Below, piece by piece: positions 41,875-52,540 of a stretch of 64,000 bases of DNA. A model generated the notes under the pieces. That model saw only the letters and a list, made by a program, of their open reading frames with translations. It searched no databases and was not told where the DNA came from. The translations under genes were made by a program, and so were the position numbers. Numbering within the stretch: the stretch's first letter is position 1; every line of letters begins with the position of its first letter. This stretch comes from an uncultured Methanosarcinaceae archaeon (GTDB lineage Archaea; Halobacteriota; Methanosarcinia; Methanosarcinales; Methanosarcinaceae), in contig CAVRJG010000019.1 of assembly GCA_963721455.1 (NCBI GenBank), forward strand, positions 32,001-96,000, in the 5' to 3' direction.

Positions 41875-43200
41875 TTATTTTTTTCTTATTTTTTCAAGGA
41901 CTTTTTGTTTCTTCTCAATAGCTTCAAGGGCTGCCTTATCAATTGCTGCTCTCATTTCTTCAAAGTCCCTGGGGTTTTCTTCCCCGTGGACTTTTTTCAC
42001 AGGGGTATAGGCTGATTCTCTGAACCTCGGTGTAAAGTCCCTGCATTCGCCATTTACGAAAATCTCAGCCCCATTTCCCTCCTCAACGCGCCCTATAACA
42101 TCAATTTTAATGCCTGCAGATCTGACAGCATCAAGGATTTCATTAACGTACGCCGGGGGGATGATTACAAGCAGGGCATCAAGGGATACTCCAAGGTAAT
42201 CGATTTTCAGGAGCTCAAGCATTGAAAGCACCTTTGGGTTCACGAGAGCCCTTATCTTTTCCTCTTCAAAGACAAGTTTTACATCTGCAGTCTTTGAGAT
42301 TTCTTTGGCATCGCCCCGGATTCCACCATTGGTAACATCAGTCATTGAATGGACCTTTCTGTACAGCTCGGACTGCAGCAGAACCTCACAGGCTTCCAGA
42401 AAACGGATATTAATAGTCTCTTCAACGACATCATGCATTCCATAATAAAGTGCAGTTGTAGAAATCGTACCTCCGCCTGCTCCTTCGGTCATGAGGATAA
42501 GGTCTCCTACCTTTGTCCGATTCCGGGAGGTAAGAGAAGAAGTCACACCTACAGCGCCAACGCCGCCTGTCATGCGTTCGCCTATAACCATATCCCCGCC
42601 GATTCGAAGAGTGCTTCCGGTAATAAGGGGTATTCCAGTCAGTTCCGAAACCGTGGTTATTCCTGCAATATGGTCAAATATCTTTGCGACATCCCCATCA
42701 TCTGCTATATGAATGTCGGAAAGCATTGCCAGTGGGCGGGCTCCCATGGAATACACATCACGCAGAGCTGCCCTGGCTACATGAAAGCCTGAAAGAAAAG
42801 GAAAGTCGCTCAGACGAGAATGGATGCCGTCAACCGTGACCACTAGGTAGTCGTCACCGATTTTGACAACACCTGAGTCGTCAAGCTGGGAACTGTCTAC
42901 AACTGCACCTGTCTGACCTATAACTTCCCCGAGCTTGGAGTGAACATAAAAGTCTCCTGTGCCCCTGGAGCCTACCCCGAATTCCCCCATGGAAACTCCT
43001 GAGTGGGTAGAATTTAACACATCTCCTTCCACATTAAGTGTTGCTTTTGCCTCACAAACGACCGCAACCGCGATCTCATGAGCTCTTTCCTGGCTTATAT
43101 TCTTAATTTCAAGAATTCTTGAAGCCAGCTGTACCTCAAGCCCTGCTTCGTTTGAAGGGTCCTTCCTGAGAGCCCGTTTTGCATAACCTTCTATATCCAT
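41875..43200 (-). CDS. AIR synthase/HypE-related protein
   Basis: GEFGVGSRG, DGIHSRLS, DVYSMGA, MTDVTNGG. Confidence 0.85.
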   Translation of the reverse strand: MDIEGYAKRALRKDPSNEAGLEVQLASRILEIKNISQERAHEIAVAVVCEAKATLNVEGDVLNSTHSGVSMGEFGVGSRGTGDFYVHSKLGEVIGQTGAVVDSSQLDDSGVVKIGDDYLVVTVDGIHSRLSDFPFLSGFHVARAALRDVYSMGARPLAMLSDIHIADDGDVAKIFDHIAGITTVSELTGIPLITGSTLRIGGDMVIGERMTGGVGAVGVTSSLTSRNRTKVGDLILMTEGAGGGTISTTALYYGMHDVVEETINIRFLEACEVLLQSELYRKVHSMTDVTNGGIRGDAKEISKTADVKLVFEEEKIRALVNPKVLSMLELLKIDYLGVSLDALLVIIPPAYVNEILDAVRSAGIKIDVIGRVEEGNGAEIFVNGECRDFTPRFRESAYTPVKKVHGEENPRDFEEMRAAIDKAALEAIEKKQKVLEKIRKK

Positions 43201-43389
43201 AGTAACCATCTCACAGACGTTTCTGCCCTAACAGGTGCAGGGCAGGATAATTTAGTGTTCAAGTATTAACCTGTTGATACCAGATACTTCAGTATAAAAT
43301 GCTCAGGAGTCAGAATTTAATCACCTGGACAAAAATGAAAAATAAAGTTCAATATTTAATGCGAAAGCAAATTTCCTGGATACCCCATT

Positions 43390-43998
43390 TCAACACATTT
43401 CTACGAAGTTTTTCAGGATCTTCAACCCGGTCGTTCCGCTTTTCTCAGGGTGAAACTGGGTACCCATTACATTGCCTTTCGAGTTTACGACAGAAGCTGA
43501 AAACTCCAGCCCATAGTTACAGACTGCAAGGGTGTTTTCAGGAGCCGTGTCCACGTAATAGGAATGCACGAAATATACGAAAGAGTTATCAGGAATACCT
43601 TCAAACAGAGGGTGATCCTGCTTGATTTTGAGATTGTTCCAGCCAATGTGGGGTACTTTTAATTCAGATTTCGGAAAACGCAGCACTTTGCCAGAAATAA
43701 GGTTAAGCCCATCAGTCAGCTTCCCTTCTTCAGAAGAGCTCATGAGAACCTGCTGTCCGAGGCAGATCCCGAGCATCGGCTTTCCTGATCGTGCATACTC
43801 TTCTATAATCCCTTTGATGGGGGCAAGGCACTTCATCGCATCCACGAAAGCGCCGACGCCAGGGAGAATTACACCGTCTGCGGCAAGAATCTCCTCAGGG
43901 ACTCCGGAGATTGCGGGACTGGATCCGACGTGTTCGAGCCCCTTTTGAACACTGCGGAGATTTCCAAGCCCGTAATCGAGAATCACGATTCTTTTCAT
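43390..43998 (-). CDS. hisH: Imidazole glycerol phosphate synthase subunit HisH
   Basis: DYGLGNLRSV, PGVGAF, GICLG, QFHPEKS. Confidence 0.97.
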   Translation of the reverse strand: MKRIVILDYGLGNLRSVQKGLEHVGSSPAISGVPEEILAADGVILPGVGAFVDAMKCLAPIKGIIEEYARSGKPMLGICLGQQVLMSSSEEGKLTDGLNLISGKVLRFPKSELKVPHIGWNNLKIKQDHPLFEGIPDNSFVYFVHSYYVDTAPENTLAVCNYGLEFSASVVNSKGNVMGTQFHPEKSGTTGLKILKNFVEMC

Positions 43999-44118
43999 AG
44001 CTCTAACAAATAAAGTTAAAATAGATTAAGCTTACGACAAAGAAAATAACAGCAGAAACGTTATTAAAAGAGATAAGAAGTAAGAAAAAATTAAAGGAAT
44101 TTATAAGTCCTTTGCAGG

Positions 44119-44334
44119 TCAATATCTGCCAGCAGAAAGCCTGTAAGATCGATTCTCCCTTTCAAAAATCACCTTGTATTTGCCACAACGTATGCATTCA
44201 TAGCGTTTTTCGAGCACTGTTGGCAAACAGCACAATGCCCCGCTTTTTCGCTTCCATTTATGCAGTCCGAAAAAACACAAGAAACTATGGTCACGGTCCG
44301 ATTCGCTTGAGTCATCAGAACATTCTTGAGTCAA
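44119..44334 (-). CDS. Small Cys/His-rich protein, possible zinc ribbon
   Basis: CFFGLHKW...CC...CIRCG. Confidence 0.5.
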   Translation of the reverse strand: MTQECSDDSSESDRDHSFLCFFGLHKWKRKSGALCCLPTVLEKRYECIRCGKYKVIFERENRSYRLSAGRY

Positions 44335-44558
44335 AAAACTGTTTCCCCTCGTTCTTAATTGTTAAGGTTGTTCTACGACAGTAAGGAGAGTATGGGTAAA
44401 AGAACTATATAAATATATAGTTATAATGAAGAAATATAAAGAATTTATTCTATATAAAATTGACTTGGGCTAATAATGAACAAACTATAAATAGAATGTC
44501 TGAATATTGATAAAATTGTGTGTAAATTAATTTTAAGAGTTGGAATTGGGGAAAAAAT

Positions 44559-45044
44559 ATGGGAAAATTCAGATTGATCAGACATGATGAGAAAGCCATG
44601 GAGCTCCCGATAAATATTGTGGTTATGCTTGTTGTCGGGATGGTCGCCCTTGCAACGCTCATTTCGATCATGCCGACTCCGACAAAGGAGATGTCGGTAT
44701 TTGTGGAAAGCACAGCCCTTGAAGGAAGTAACCTTGAGAAAGGGAACTCAATAATAGTGGATTCCCAGACCGCAGAAAACCCTTTTGCCATAACCGTAGT
44801 GGTAAAGGCAACTGACAAGGACGGAAACCCGGTACGGAATGCAAATGTTATTCTGAGAGGGCTTGGCGGGGCAGCATCTAATACTACGGGCGCTGACGGG
44901 ACCACTTTCCTGACAACCGCGGAAAATGCACGTGTCAGGCTTGACCCTAACCAGAATGAAGGGGCAATGGATCTGAAAATCCTGGCCGACGGCTTTTATG
45001 ATTACGAGAAAAAAGACGCAGTCATGATTATCAAGACTCGTTAA
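44559..45044 (+). CDS. Class III signal peptide (pilin-like) protein with Ig-like domain
   Basis: RHDEKA/MELPINIVVMLVVG; DKDGNPV. Confidence 0.75.
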   Translation: MGKFRLIRHDEKAMELPINIVVMLVVGMVALATLISIMPTPTKEMSVFVESTALEGSNLEKGNSIIVDSQTAENPFAITVVVKATDKDGNPVRNANVILRGLGGAASNTTGADGTTFLTTAENARVRLDPNQNEGAMDLKILADGFYDYEKKDAVMIIKTR

Positions 45045-45096
45045 TTACATATTTTCCAGGGATTTCCAGGGATAAAACTATAGAGAGGAGGTGTAG

Positions 45097-45621
45097 ATGC
45101 TGCCTGAAAAATTCAAACGAGATGAAGCAGGAACTATCGGGCTCCCAATAAGGATCGTAGTCCTTTCGGTTGTGGGCCTCGTAGGATTTTATGCAATCCT
45201 CTCAGCCCTCAGCAATGCCCCTACTCCTCCAGAAACCATGTATGCAACAGCAAACATAAGCGCATTTTCTTTACCTTCATCTGATGCAGGGCTAGAAAAG
45301 GAAACCAATCTGAGCCTGCTTGTAAAAGTGCTTGACAGGAATAACCGCGGGATAGGGGAAGCAAATGTGATTGTCTGGAGCCCTGATAGGAAAAAAGCGT
45401 ATTCAGGCGTCACCGACCCTAACGGAAATGCAACGATAAGGATTTCTAAACCTGAGTTGCCTTCCGGAAAAGCTGAAGGATATATATGCCATAAAAGTGA
45501 TGAGAACCGGATACAGAGACTTTACCAGCGACTATTTTTTGAAGGTAATTCGGAGCTAAATGCTCCTAATATTTCCGACTTTTTCGAAAAAAACAGGAAA
45601 AACCGTATATTGAGATTCTGA
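45097..45621 (+). CDS. Second pilin-like protein, apparently frameshifted near 45485
   Basis: KRDEAG/TIGLPIRIVV; +1 frame gives AIKVMRTGYRDFTSDYFLKVIRS*, resembling the paralog C-terminus. Confidence 0.7.
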   Translation: MLPEKFKRDEAGTIGLPIRIVVLSVVGLVGFYAILSALSNAPTPPETMYATANISAFSLPSSDAGLEKETNLSLLVKVLDRNNRGIGEANVIVWSPDRKKAYSGVTDPNGNATIRISKPELPSGKAEGYICHKSDENRIQRLYQRLFFEGNSELNAPNISDFFEKNRKNRILRF

Positions 45622-45680
45622 AAAACCAGTATTTATTGATTTAGATTATAAATTCAGATTATAGATTTAGATTATTGGTC

Positions 45681-45798
45681 ATCGGTTAACGAATTTTATG
45701 CACAACTTCGAATACCACGTGTAGCGATTTTCCAACATAATTCTTAGATATATTACATAAAAAATAACACTTTTTAACGTTTTGCACCTTAACCGAAT
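45681..45798. mobile_element. Degenerate MITE of the same family as 17974-18106
   Basis: ATCGGTTAA...CTTAACCGAAT ends; shared internal CGATTTTC and AAAAATAACA. Confidence 0.55.
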
Positions 45799-45831
45799 CC
45801 ACATGAATTTAGATTATATTTATTCATAAAT

Positions 45832-46527
45832 TCAGATCATTGCAGCGATACTACTGTTATTTATCATGAACCACATGCCGAAAAACGCCATAAATCCACC
45901 ACATAAGTATACCATTATTTCATGTGTATGCTGTGATAGAATTTTATTTCCTTGTGAAAAAGATGAGGATACTGCTACAAGGAACCCAAGATCTGCCATC
46001 CAGTGGCCGAGAATAAAAGCGATTACTGCAGAGATACCTATCAGGTATTCCTGAAGGACGATTGCACTGCCTGCTGTCAGCCACCATATAACGAAAAAAG
46101 GATTCAATGCAGAAGTTATAATTCCTGCAGATACCGGACCTGAGAAAGGATTCAGTGCAGAAGTTATAATTCCTGAAGGGGCGGGGTCCGACGATGAGTT
46201 CAGGCTACGGGCCGAAATGGAAATATCCATCGTAGAAGCCTCTTTTGCACCTTTGATCATTACCAGCCCGGAAATTAACATAACCAAACCACCTATTATA
46301 GCCAGATATGAAATGGTTGTTTTTCCGAGAAAAGACGATGCACCTATCAGGACAATCACAAAAATGGCCAGCTCTACCAGGGCATGCCCTATAAAGATTG
46401 AAGGCCCTGCTCTCCAGCCGTTCTTAATAGATGCCGCAATCGCTGCGAACATCATGGGCCCTGGAATAATGGCTGCAGATATGCCTACTGTAAAACCCAG
46501 AATAAGAGCTTTGGTCAGTTCTATCAT
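45832..46527 (-). CDS. LysE family translocator
   Basis: AIIPGP, GHALVE, SALNPFFVIWW, GHWMAD. Confidence 0.88.
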   Translation of the reverse strand: MIELTKALILGFTVGISAAIIPGPMMFAAIAASIKNGWRAGPSIFIGHALVELAIFVIVLIGASSFLGKTTISYLAIIGGLVMLISGLVMIKGAKEASTMDISISARSLNSSSDPAPSGIITSALNPFSGPVSAGIITSALNPFFVIWWLTAGSAIVLQEYLIGISAVIAFILGHWMADLGFLVAVSSSFSQGNKILSQHTHEIMVYLCGGFMAFFGMWFMINNSSIAAMI

Positions 46528-46660
46528 AAGACTACATAAATGAAAGAAGTAATTATATAAATATTTATGGAGACTGACCATCTAACAGCATTTGCGACCG
46601 TATCAAGAAAATAAGCATTTTCCAGTTTATATTAAATACGAAGATTTTTCTTTTTCTGTT

Positions 46661-47518
46661 TCATACATTATCTGTTAACGACTTCTTTTTGCGGTTTACC
46701 AGATAAAACTTCATTAAGACGGCTCCTGCCATCAGCACGGCAAGCCCGGTAGAGAAATAAGGAGACCTTATGACATCCCACCTGCCAGACCAGACAAGGA
46801 ATCCGGTAAGGAAAAGAACTGAAGATCCGGCAACTCCTGAAACCTCAAAGGGAATCTTCATTGAGCCGAGGGTTAACCTGTTCTGGTTCTCAATGATTTC
46901 GATACGGGATTCAAGCTCTTTTATATATGCGTTTTTTGTGTTTTCCTGAGCCTTGAGATTCCGGATTTCCAGATTCAGTTTTTCGATTTCAGATTCCAGG
47001 TTGTTATGAGCAAAATTCGACAGTTCGGATACTGCAACCTGAAGAGAACGCAGACTTTCGGAAATACTGGAAAAAACGTCATTTATACTCCTGATTTTAT
47101 AGCCGGTGCCGGAAACTTCGGAAGAATTGTCCACAGAAGTCATAGAAAGATTCGAGGTTTCGCCAGAAGGAAGTACCGCACTGAGCGCAAAACTCGAAAT
47201 ATCCCCCTCTGAAATTGACGGAACTAAATCAGAAAGGAAAGAATTTCCAGGAACGGAAGATTCAGGAGAAACCGAAGACCTCTGTGGAAAAACTGATGAA
47301 CCGGCAGCAACACTCCCTGCGTTTTCCTCCGGGAAGGGACCGGAGAAATTTCCGGAAAAAACTCTCCCGGCCTGCAGTGCAGGGGGAGTTTCCAGAGAAA
47401 GGCGCCTCTCGACTGCCCTGAGCCTTTTTTCGAAACTCCTGACGCTCTGATCAAAAACTTCAATTCTTCCCTGTAAATCCTCCCTGATTTCTGGCTCTGC
47501 CTGATGTAACTTATTCAA
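46661..47518 (-). CDS. Hypothetical coiled-coil protein with two C-terminal TM helices
   Basis: EKRLRAVERRL, Ser-rich linker, hydrophobic C-terminus. Confidence 0.7.
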   Translation of the reverse strand: MNKLHQAEPEIREDLQGRIEVFDQSVRSFEKRLRAVERRLSLETPPALQAGRVFSGNFSGPFPEENAGSVAAGSSVFPQRSSVSPESSVPGNSFLSDLVPSISEGDISSFALSAVLPSGETSNLSMTSVDNSSEVSGTGYKIRSINDVFSSISESLRSLQVAVSELSNFAHNNLESEIEKLNLEIRNLKAQENTKNAYIKELESRIEIIENQNRLTLGSMKIPFEVSGVAGSSVLFLTGFLVWSGRWDVIRSPYFSTGLAVLMAGAVLMKFYLVNRKKKSLTDNV

Positions 47519-47693
47519 TTAAACCATTACCCCTAAAAGTTTATTACAATGAATCGTGCCCAACACTATATAAAAATTTTGAAAATTAGAAATAATATTA
47601 AAAGTAAAAAAATAAAAGAAAAGAAGAATTAAAAGTAAAAAATAAGTAAAAGAAGGAAAGCAGCGTGAAAAAATGAAATTGGGAAAAATCGGA

Positions 47694-49616
47694 TCAGATC
47701 AGCCGGACTTCGATCAGTCCCCCTCTATCCTGAGCCTCCATAATATCGGATGCAAGGTCTGAGTTTACTCTGAGTTTCACCTCTCCGTGTCGGCTTACCG
47801 TTGCACTGAAAAGGTATTCGTCTTCAAGGAATATTTCCACATCCTTTCCCGCGAGCTCTGGAGCGCCAAGGATAAGGTGCTTCTTATTCCTTTCGATGAG
47901 GGGATGAACAGAAGAGGCAGTAGCTCCCCTCTCGATACCAGATGGCTTTGTTTTCTCCGGAGGAGATCTACTTTGGGCTCCGTACTTTCGGCCTTTTGCA
48001 GCCCCTGGAGCCTCGCCCTGCATCTCCCTGACATCAACATGGAGCCCCAGAATATTTTCTATCCGGTCAATAACGCTTCCACCTTTACCAATGACTTTTC
48101 GCATCTCTTCGTCCCGGACCTTTACGATTGCACTGTCGTCTGAGATCATTTCCACTTCAACCGGGCCAGATGCGTACCTGCCAACAACATTCTTTATTTC
48201 TTCTTCCGCAAGCTTCCACGCAGGTTTCCTGCCTTCAGTAGAAGGACCTATTGGCATAACAACAACCTGCTCTCCATACGTATAAATCTCGTATTCGACT
48301 TTTCCGGTCTCAAAATCTGCAATAGTAATTACGGGCCTTGCAAGATCCTGCTCGACCATCCCATGAGGAACCTTAACTGTAAATGCAAGCACCAGAACCT
48401 TTGCAACTTCTCCTTTATCAATAAAAATAACAGTATCCACTACCTGGGGAATTACACCCAGTTCAACCCTTCCGATAAGGCGTTGAATGGCATCCACTGC
48501 CCTTGTTGAATGCACTACCCCGATCATGCCCACGCCTGCAAGGCGCATATCTGCAAAAATCAGGAAATCGCCGGTCTTCCGGACTTCGTCATATATAGTA
48601 TAATCCGGCCTGACCAGAAGCAAAAGATCCGCAGTATCTTCCATCCTCCCATTCAGAGGCGAGTACTGGGTGATCTCAGGAGGCACCTGCAGGTCTCTTG
48701 GAGATTCCATAGTTTTGACCACCTGCTCGTGGTCATTAAGGTAGCGGGCAACCCCGGCAGCAAAAGTAGATTTTCCGGCTCCAGGAGGCCCGGCAATAAG
48801 AATGCCGCGCTGGCTTACGATACGTTCTTTGAGTTTATCGCTAAGGCGGTAATGCTCAAGATCCACAACCACAGTTGGCCTGACAGTAGTAATTTCCATA
48901 TCGTCGGAAAAAGGCGGGCGAGCAATAGCAATTCGCATGTTCCGGATCTGCAGGACAGTAGCCCCACTTGAAGACATCTCGATGAAAGATTCCGGGTCCA
49001 GCCTCGCCCTCTCAATAAGTTCTTTCGAGATACTGGAAAGTTCCGACGAAGTAGCAGGTTCTTCGCGGATCCTCACATAACGAACGTTCCCCACAGGACC
49101 TTTCTTGGCCATAGGGGAGACACCATTTTTAAGGTGGACAGACATCGTATCGTCAGTGAAAAAATGCTCTATTTTGAGAGGCCCAAACTCTGATGGGTCC
49201 AGAGTTTTTGGATGCATGTACTCAACATCGAGCCCCTTTGCTTTAGCTATAAGAGACTGTACCCGGTCTTCGCTTAAAAACAGCCCTCCGACCTCGATAG
49301 CCGTACTTCGGATAAGGGCATCCATCCTGCCCTCTTTAGATAGCCTGATTTCCTCAAAAGTGGGCTGAACCCCTCTGAATTGAAGGAGAATCTCCCCCCT
49401 GTCTGCCAGCTTGCGAAGTTCCGAAAGCTCTTCAAGCCCTTTGAAACCTATTTCTCTGCCCCTGTTTGCCTGAGCTTCAAGTTCCGATACCACAGCTTCA
49501 GGAATGACAATCTCAGCACCCCTGAACTCACCGCTTTTAACGCGGGATGAAAGCCTCCCGTCAATAATTATGCTTGTATCCGGAACGATCCTCCGTATCT
49601 GCTTCTCTTCAGCCAT
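47694..49616 (-). CDS. PIN-domain ATPase with KH domain (PINA-type)
   Basis: VPDTSIIIDG, GPPGAGKST, YDEVR, VIGKGG. Confidence 0.9.
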   Translation of the reverse strand: MAEEKQIRRIVPDTSIIIDGRLSSRVKSGEFRGAEIVIPEAVVSELEAQANRGREIGFKGLEELSELRKLADRGEILLQFRGVQPTFEEIRLSKEGRMDALIRSTAIEVGGLFLSEDRVQSLIAKAKGLDVEYMHPKTLDPSEFGPLKIEHFFTDDTMSVHLKNGVSPMAKKGPVGNVRYVRIREEPATSSELSSISKELIERARLDPESFIEMSSSGATVLQIRNMRIAIARPPFSDDMEITTVRPTVVVDLEHYRLSDKLKERIVSQRGILIAGPPGAGKSTFAAGVARYLNDHEQVVKTMESPRDLQVPPEITQYSPLNGRMEDTADLLLLVRPDYTIYDEVRKTGDFLIFADMRLAGVGMIGVVHSTRAVDAIQRLIGRVELGVIPQVVDTVIFIDKGEVAKVLVLAFTVKVPHGMVEQDLARPVITIADFETGKVEYEIYTYGEQVVVMPIGPSTEGRKPAWKLAEEEIKNVVGRYASGPVEVEMISDDSAIVKVRDEEMRKVIGKGGSVIDRIENILGLHVDVREMQGEAPGAAKGRKYGAQSRSPPEKTKPSGIERGATASSVHPLIERNKKHLILGAPELAGKDVEIFLEDEYLFSATVSRHGEVKLRVNSDLASDIMEAQDRGGLIEVRLI

Positions 49617-49834
49617 ATAAGGGGATATAGAGCTGGAAAGTATATAATAAAACCTCTGGTAATTTTTTTTAGAAGAAGAGAGCCAAAAAACAGAGTTGAG
49701 GGAAAACGAAGTTTTTAAAAACCTGAGAAATCAAAAAGCTCGAAGCAAAAGCAAACGTAGATAAAAATTTAGAAAAAGACAAAAATGAAGAAAAATAGAA
49801 GTGAAATAATTAAAAGTTTATTAAATTTCTAAAA

Positions 49835-50197
49835 TTAATAAACATCATCAGGCTCGAAGACCTTCTCACCTATGATTTTCCCCTCGATATCCCGGTAGAA
49901 GCAGGACCTGTACCCCATATGGCAGGCTCCCCCGGCCTGCTCCACTAGCAGGAGAATAGAATCCATATCGCAATCTATCCTGATTTCCTTTACTTTTTGC
50001 AGATGCCCGGAAGTCTCCCCTTTCTTCCAGAGATTCTGCCGGCTTCGGCTCCAGAAATGTGCAATTCCTGTCTCTACAGTCTTTTCAAGGGCTTCCCGAT
50101 TCATATAGGCGCACATCAGCACCTCCCTGCTGATCCGGTCCTGAACAACAGCAAGGATCAGACCGTTTTCATATTTCAAGGTATCAAAATCGATCAT
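49835..50197 (-). CDS. hisI: Phosphoribosyl-AMP cyclohydrolase
   Basis: [27 protein letters not shown]. Confidence 0.97.
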   Translation of the reverse strand: MIDFDTLKYENGLILAVVQDRISREVLMCAYMNREALEKTVETGIAHFWSRSRQNLWKKGETSGHLQKVKEIRIDCDMDSILLLVEQAGGACHMGYRSCFYRDIEGKIIGEKVFEPDDVY

Positions 50198-50389
50198 GGA
50201 GGATAGATTGCGAAACTAGTATAAAAAAGAGAGGGGATGAAATCTTAAGGAGATGCTGGAGAGAAACAGGACTGGTTCACATCCATCAAAAAGAAGCTGC
50301 AGTAGCTGGTATTATACATTAAACCAGCTCAGGAAAAAGTATAAAAGAAATAAATTAATCCAGTAAAGGCATTAAACCGGACTCCTTTT

Positions 50390-52369
50390 TCAAGGCTTGG
50401 TTCCCAGTACATCCTCTACATACGCCCTGAAAATTTCAGCAACGCTCCAGGCCTGAGAAATGCAGCCACCCGGAGAGTAAGGATAGTCACCATCAAATAC
50501 TTCGGAAATAGTTCCGACACCTGCCGTTTCAAGGTGCATATCAAAGCCCTGCAGAAGGGCCCGCATATCTTCAAGACTTTGTTTTGAATTATTATGGACC
50601 TTCCGGTAAGCTTTCACATAGGCTCCGAGGAGCCAGGGCCAAACGGTCCCGTTGTGGTAGGCTGTATCTCTGGCTACAGCGTCTCCATGATAATGCCCTA
50701 CATAAGAAGGATGATCACTCGAGAGAGTTCTAAGCCCAAAGGGTGTCAGAAGATCTTTTTCAACTCTGTCCACAATTGCTTTTTCTTTATCAGGGGAAAG
50801 CATAGTATAAGGGAGAGACACTGCGAAGATCTGATTGGGGCGGATTGCAGGATCTTTAACCTGGTTTCCTGCCTCGTCCTGATATACGAGGTCAAAGAGA
50901 CAGTTAGTCCCCGGGTTCCAAAAAACAGTCTCAAAATTTGAAACTACTCCGGCTGCAAGAGTCTCATATGAAGAAATATCTTTTCCGAGAAGAGTAGCCA
51001 GATTGGAGGCAGTTTTCAGGGCGTTATACCAGAGGGCGTTGATCTCACAGGCTTTGCCTGCTCTTGGGGTAACTGCCCATTCCCCGATTTTAGCATCCAT
51101 CCAGGTTAGTTGAGGCCCTTGCCGGATAAGATAATCGGAGTCCATGCCGATTCCAAAGTCTGTGCCTTTACGGTAATTATCTATGATGCTGTCTACGGCA
51201 TCCCAGACATCCGAGAGAAACAGCAAGTCCTTCGTATATGCAAAATAGCGGCTCAGAGTATGGATAAACCAGAGAGAAGCGTCCACTGTATTGTAGACCG
51301 GTTCTCCTCCGAGAGCCAGGAAAGTGTTCGGAATCAAGCCTCTCCGACAATGAATGGCGAAATTTTTGAGAATGGACCTGGCCTCCTCGAAGCGGTGGGG
51401 GATTAAAAGCAGACCAGGCAGAGAGACCATCGTATCCCGCCCCCAGTCATCGTACCAGTGATATCCTGCGATCACCGTATTCTCACCTGAGGAAGGACTT
51501 TTCACTACAAAAGAGTCTGCTGCCCTGAGAAGTTTAAGGGCGAAGGGCTCCGTAAGCCTTGAATTGAAAGCAAGGAGATTTTGTCTGTATACTTCCCTCG
51601 TATAGAGTTCCTCTACCTGCTCGAGAGTAAGGGAAGAAATATCGTCTGTTGAAGCGGCAATGAAAAAACGGGAAGTTCCCAGTTTAAGTTTGCTTTCGAA
51701 ATAGCCGGGATTGAAGTTATCCTCCTGGAAATTACATCCCCGTTGCCTCTCAGTATCATACTCAAAATTGTGGTACCAGACGGGATCAGAATGGTACTGG
51801 AGATTGGATGAAAGCGAGAAAACAAAACCATTAGAACTTTCCAGTTTTACTCCTGTAGAATCGGCTTTCTGGGAAAAGGAAAGATCTCCTGAGTGAGTAG
51901 TGTAATGAAAATTTCTGGAGTTTACCAGAGGGAAAATTCTTAACAAAGCCCCCTCTCTCCGGGATCTGATATCATAGAGAATACAGGTTGTGTTATTACC
52001 ATGAACCGTAAAGACCTTTTTCTTTACGGTAAAAACACCGGGCTGGTAAACCCAGAGAGGAAAGGGGGCAAGAATGAATTTGGAAAGATAATTGAAGCCA
52101 GTAGGAGAAATAGTGTCCGGATATTTGTGAGTTGCAAGTCGATAAATCTCTTCATTGATGGAAATTTCCTCATCAATGGAGGAAAGCAGTACAAACCTTC
52201 CTGGAGAATTTTCTGGAGCTGCCACAAGCAGTCCGTGGTAAGTCCTTGTTCCGGCCCCGATGATTGTAGATGAGGAGTATCCCCCGAGTCCGTTTCCTAC
52301 GATCCACTCTTTCTTTATTCCTTCTTCATATGTGGAAAAGGAATCTGCTCCAAGCCTGATTCCACTCAT
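50390..52369 (-). CDS. Glycogen debranching enzyme (amylo-alpha-1,6-glucosidase)
   Basis: NGLGGY, AGYHWYDDWGRD, LTWMD, YHNGTVWPW, QAWSVAE. Confidence 0.93.
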   Translation of the reverse strand: MSGIRLGADSFSTYEEGIKKEWIVGNGLGGYSSSTIIGAGTRTYHGLLVAAPENSPGRFVLLSSIDEEISINEEIYRLATHKYPDTISPTGFNYLSKFILAPFPLWVYQPGVFTVKKKVFTVHGNNTTCILYDIRSRREGALLRIFPLVNSRNFHYTTHSGDLSFSQKADSTGVKLESSNGFVFSLSSNLQYHSDPVWYHNFEYDTERQRGCNFQEDNFNPGYFESKLKLGTSRFFIAASTDDISSLTLEQVEELYTREVYRQNLLAFNSRLTEPFALKLLRAADSFVVKSPSSGENTVIAGYHWYDDWGRDTMVSLPGLLLIPHRFEEARSILKNFAIHCRRGLIPNTFLALGGEPVYNTVDASLWFIHTLSRYFAYTKDLLFLSDVWDAVDSIIDNYRKGTDFGIGMDSDYLIRQGPQLTWMDAKIGEWAVTPRAGKACEINALWYNALKTASNLATLLGKDISSYETLAAGVVSNFETVFWNPGTNCLFDLVYQDEAGNQVKDPAIRPNQIFAVSLPYTMLSPDKEKAIVDRVEKDLLTPFGLRTLSSDHPSYVGHYHGDAVARDTAYHNGTVWPWLLGAYVKAYRKVHNNSKQSLEDMRALLQGFDMHLETAGVGTISEVFDGDYPYSPGGCISQAWSVAEIFRAYVEDVLGTKP

Positions 52370-52540
52370 AAGTACCTTATTAGTATTTGATTTATTAAAT
52401 AGCTGTACGTTTGGAAAAAAGCGTAAAAAAGTATTAAAAAGAGAGAAAAACTCAGCTTGTAATAAGGGGTATAAAATTATTATATTTTAAGTGTAAACAT
52501 AAACTATTTTAGCTGTGCAGGACATAAGAAAGTGAGAATC

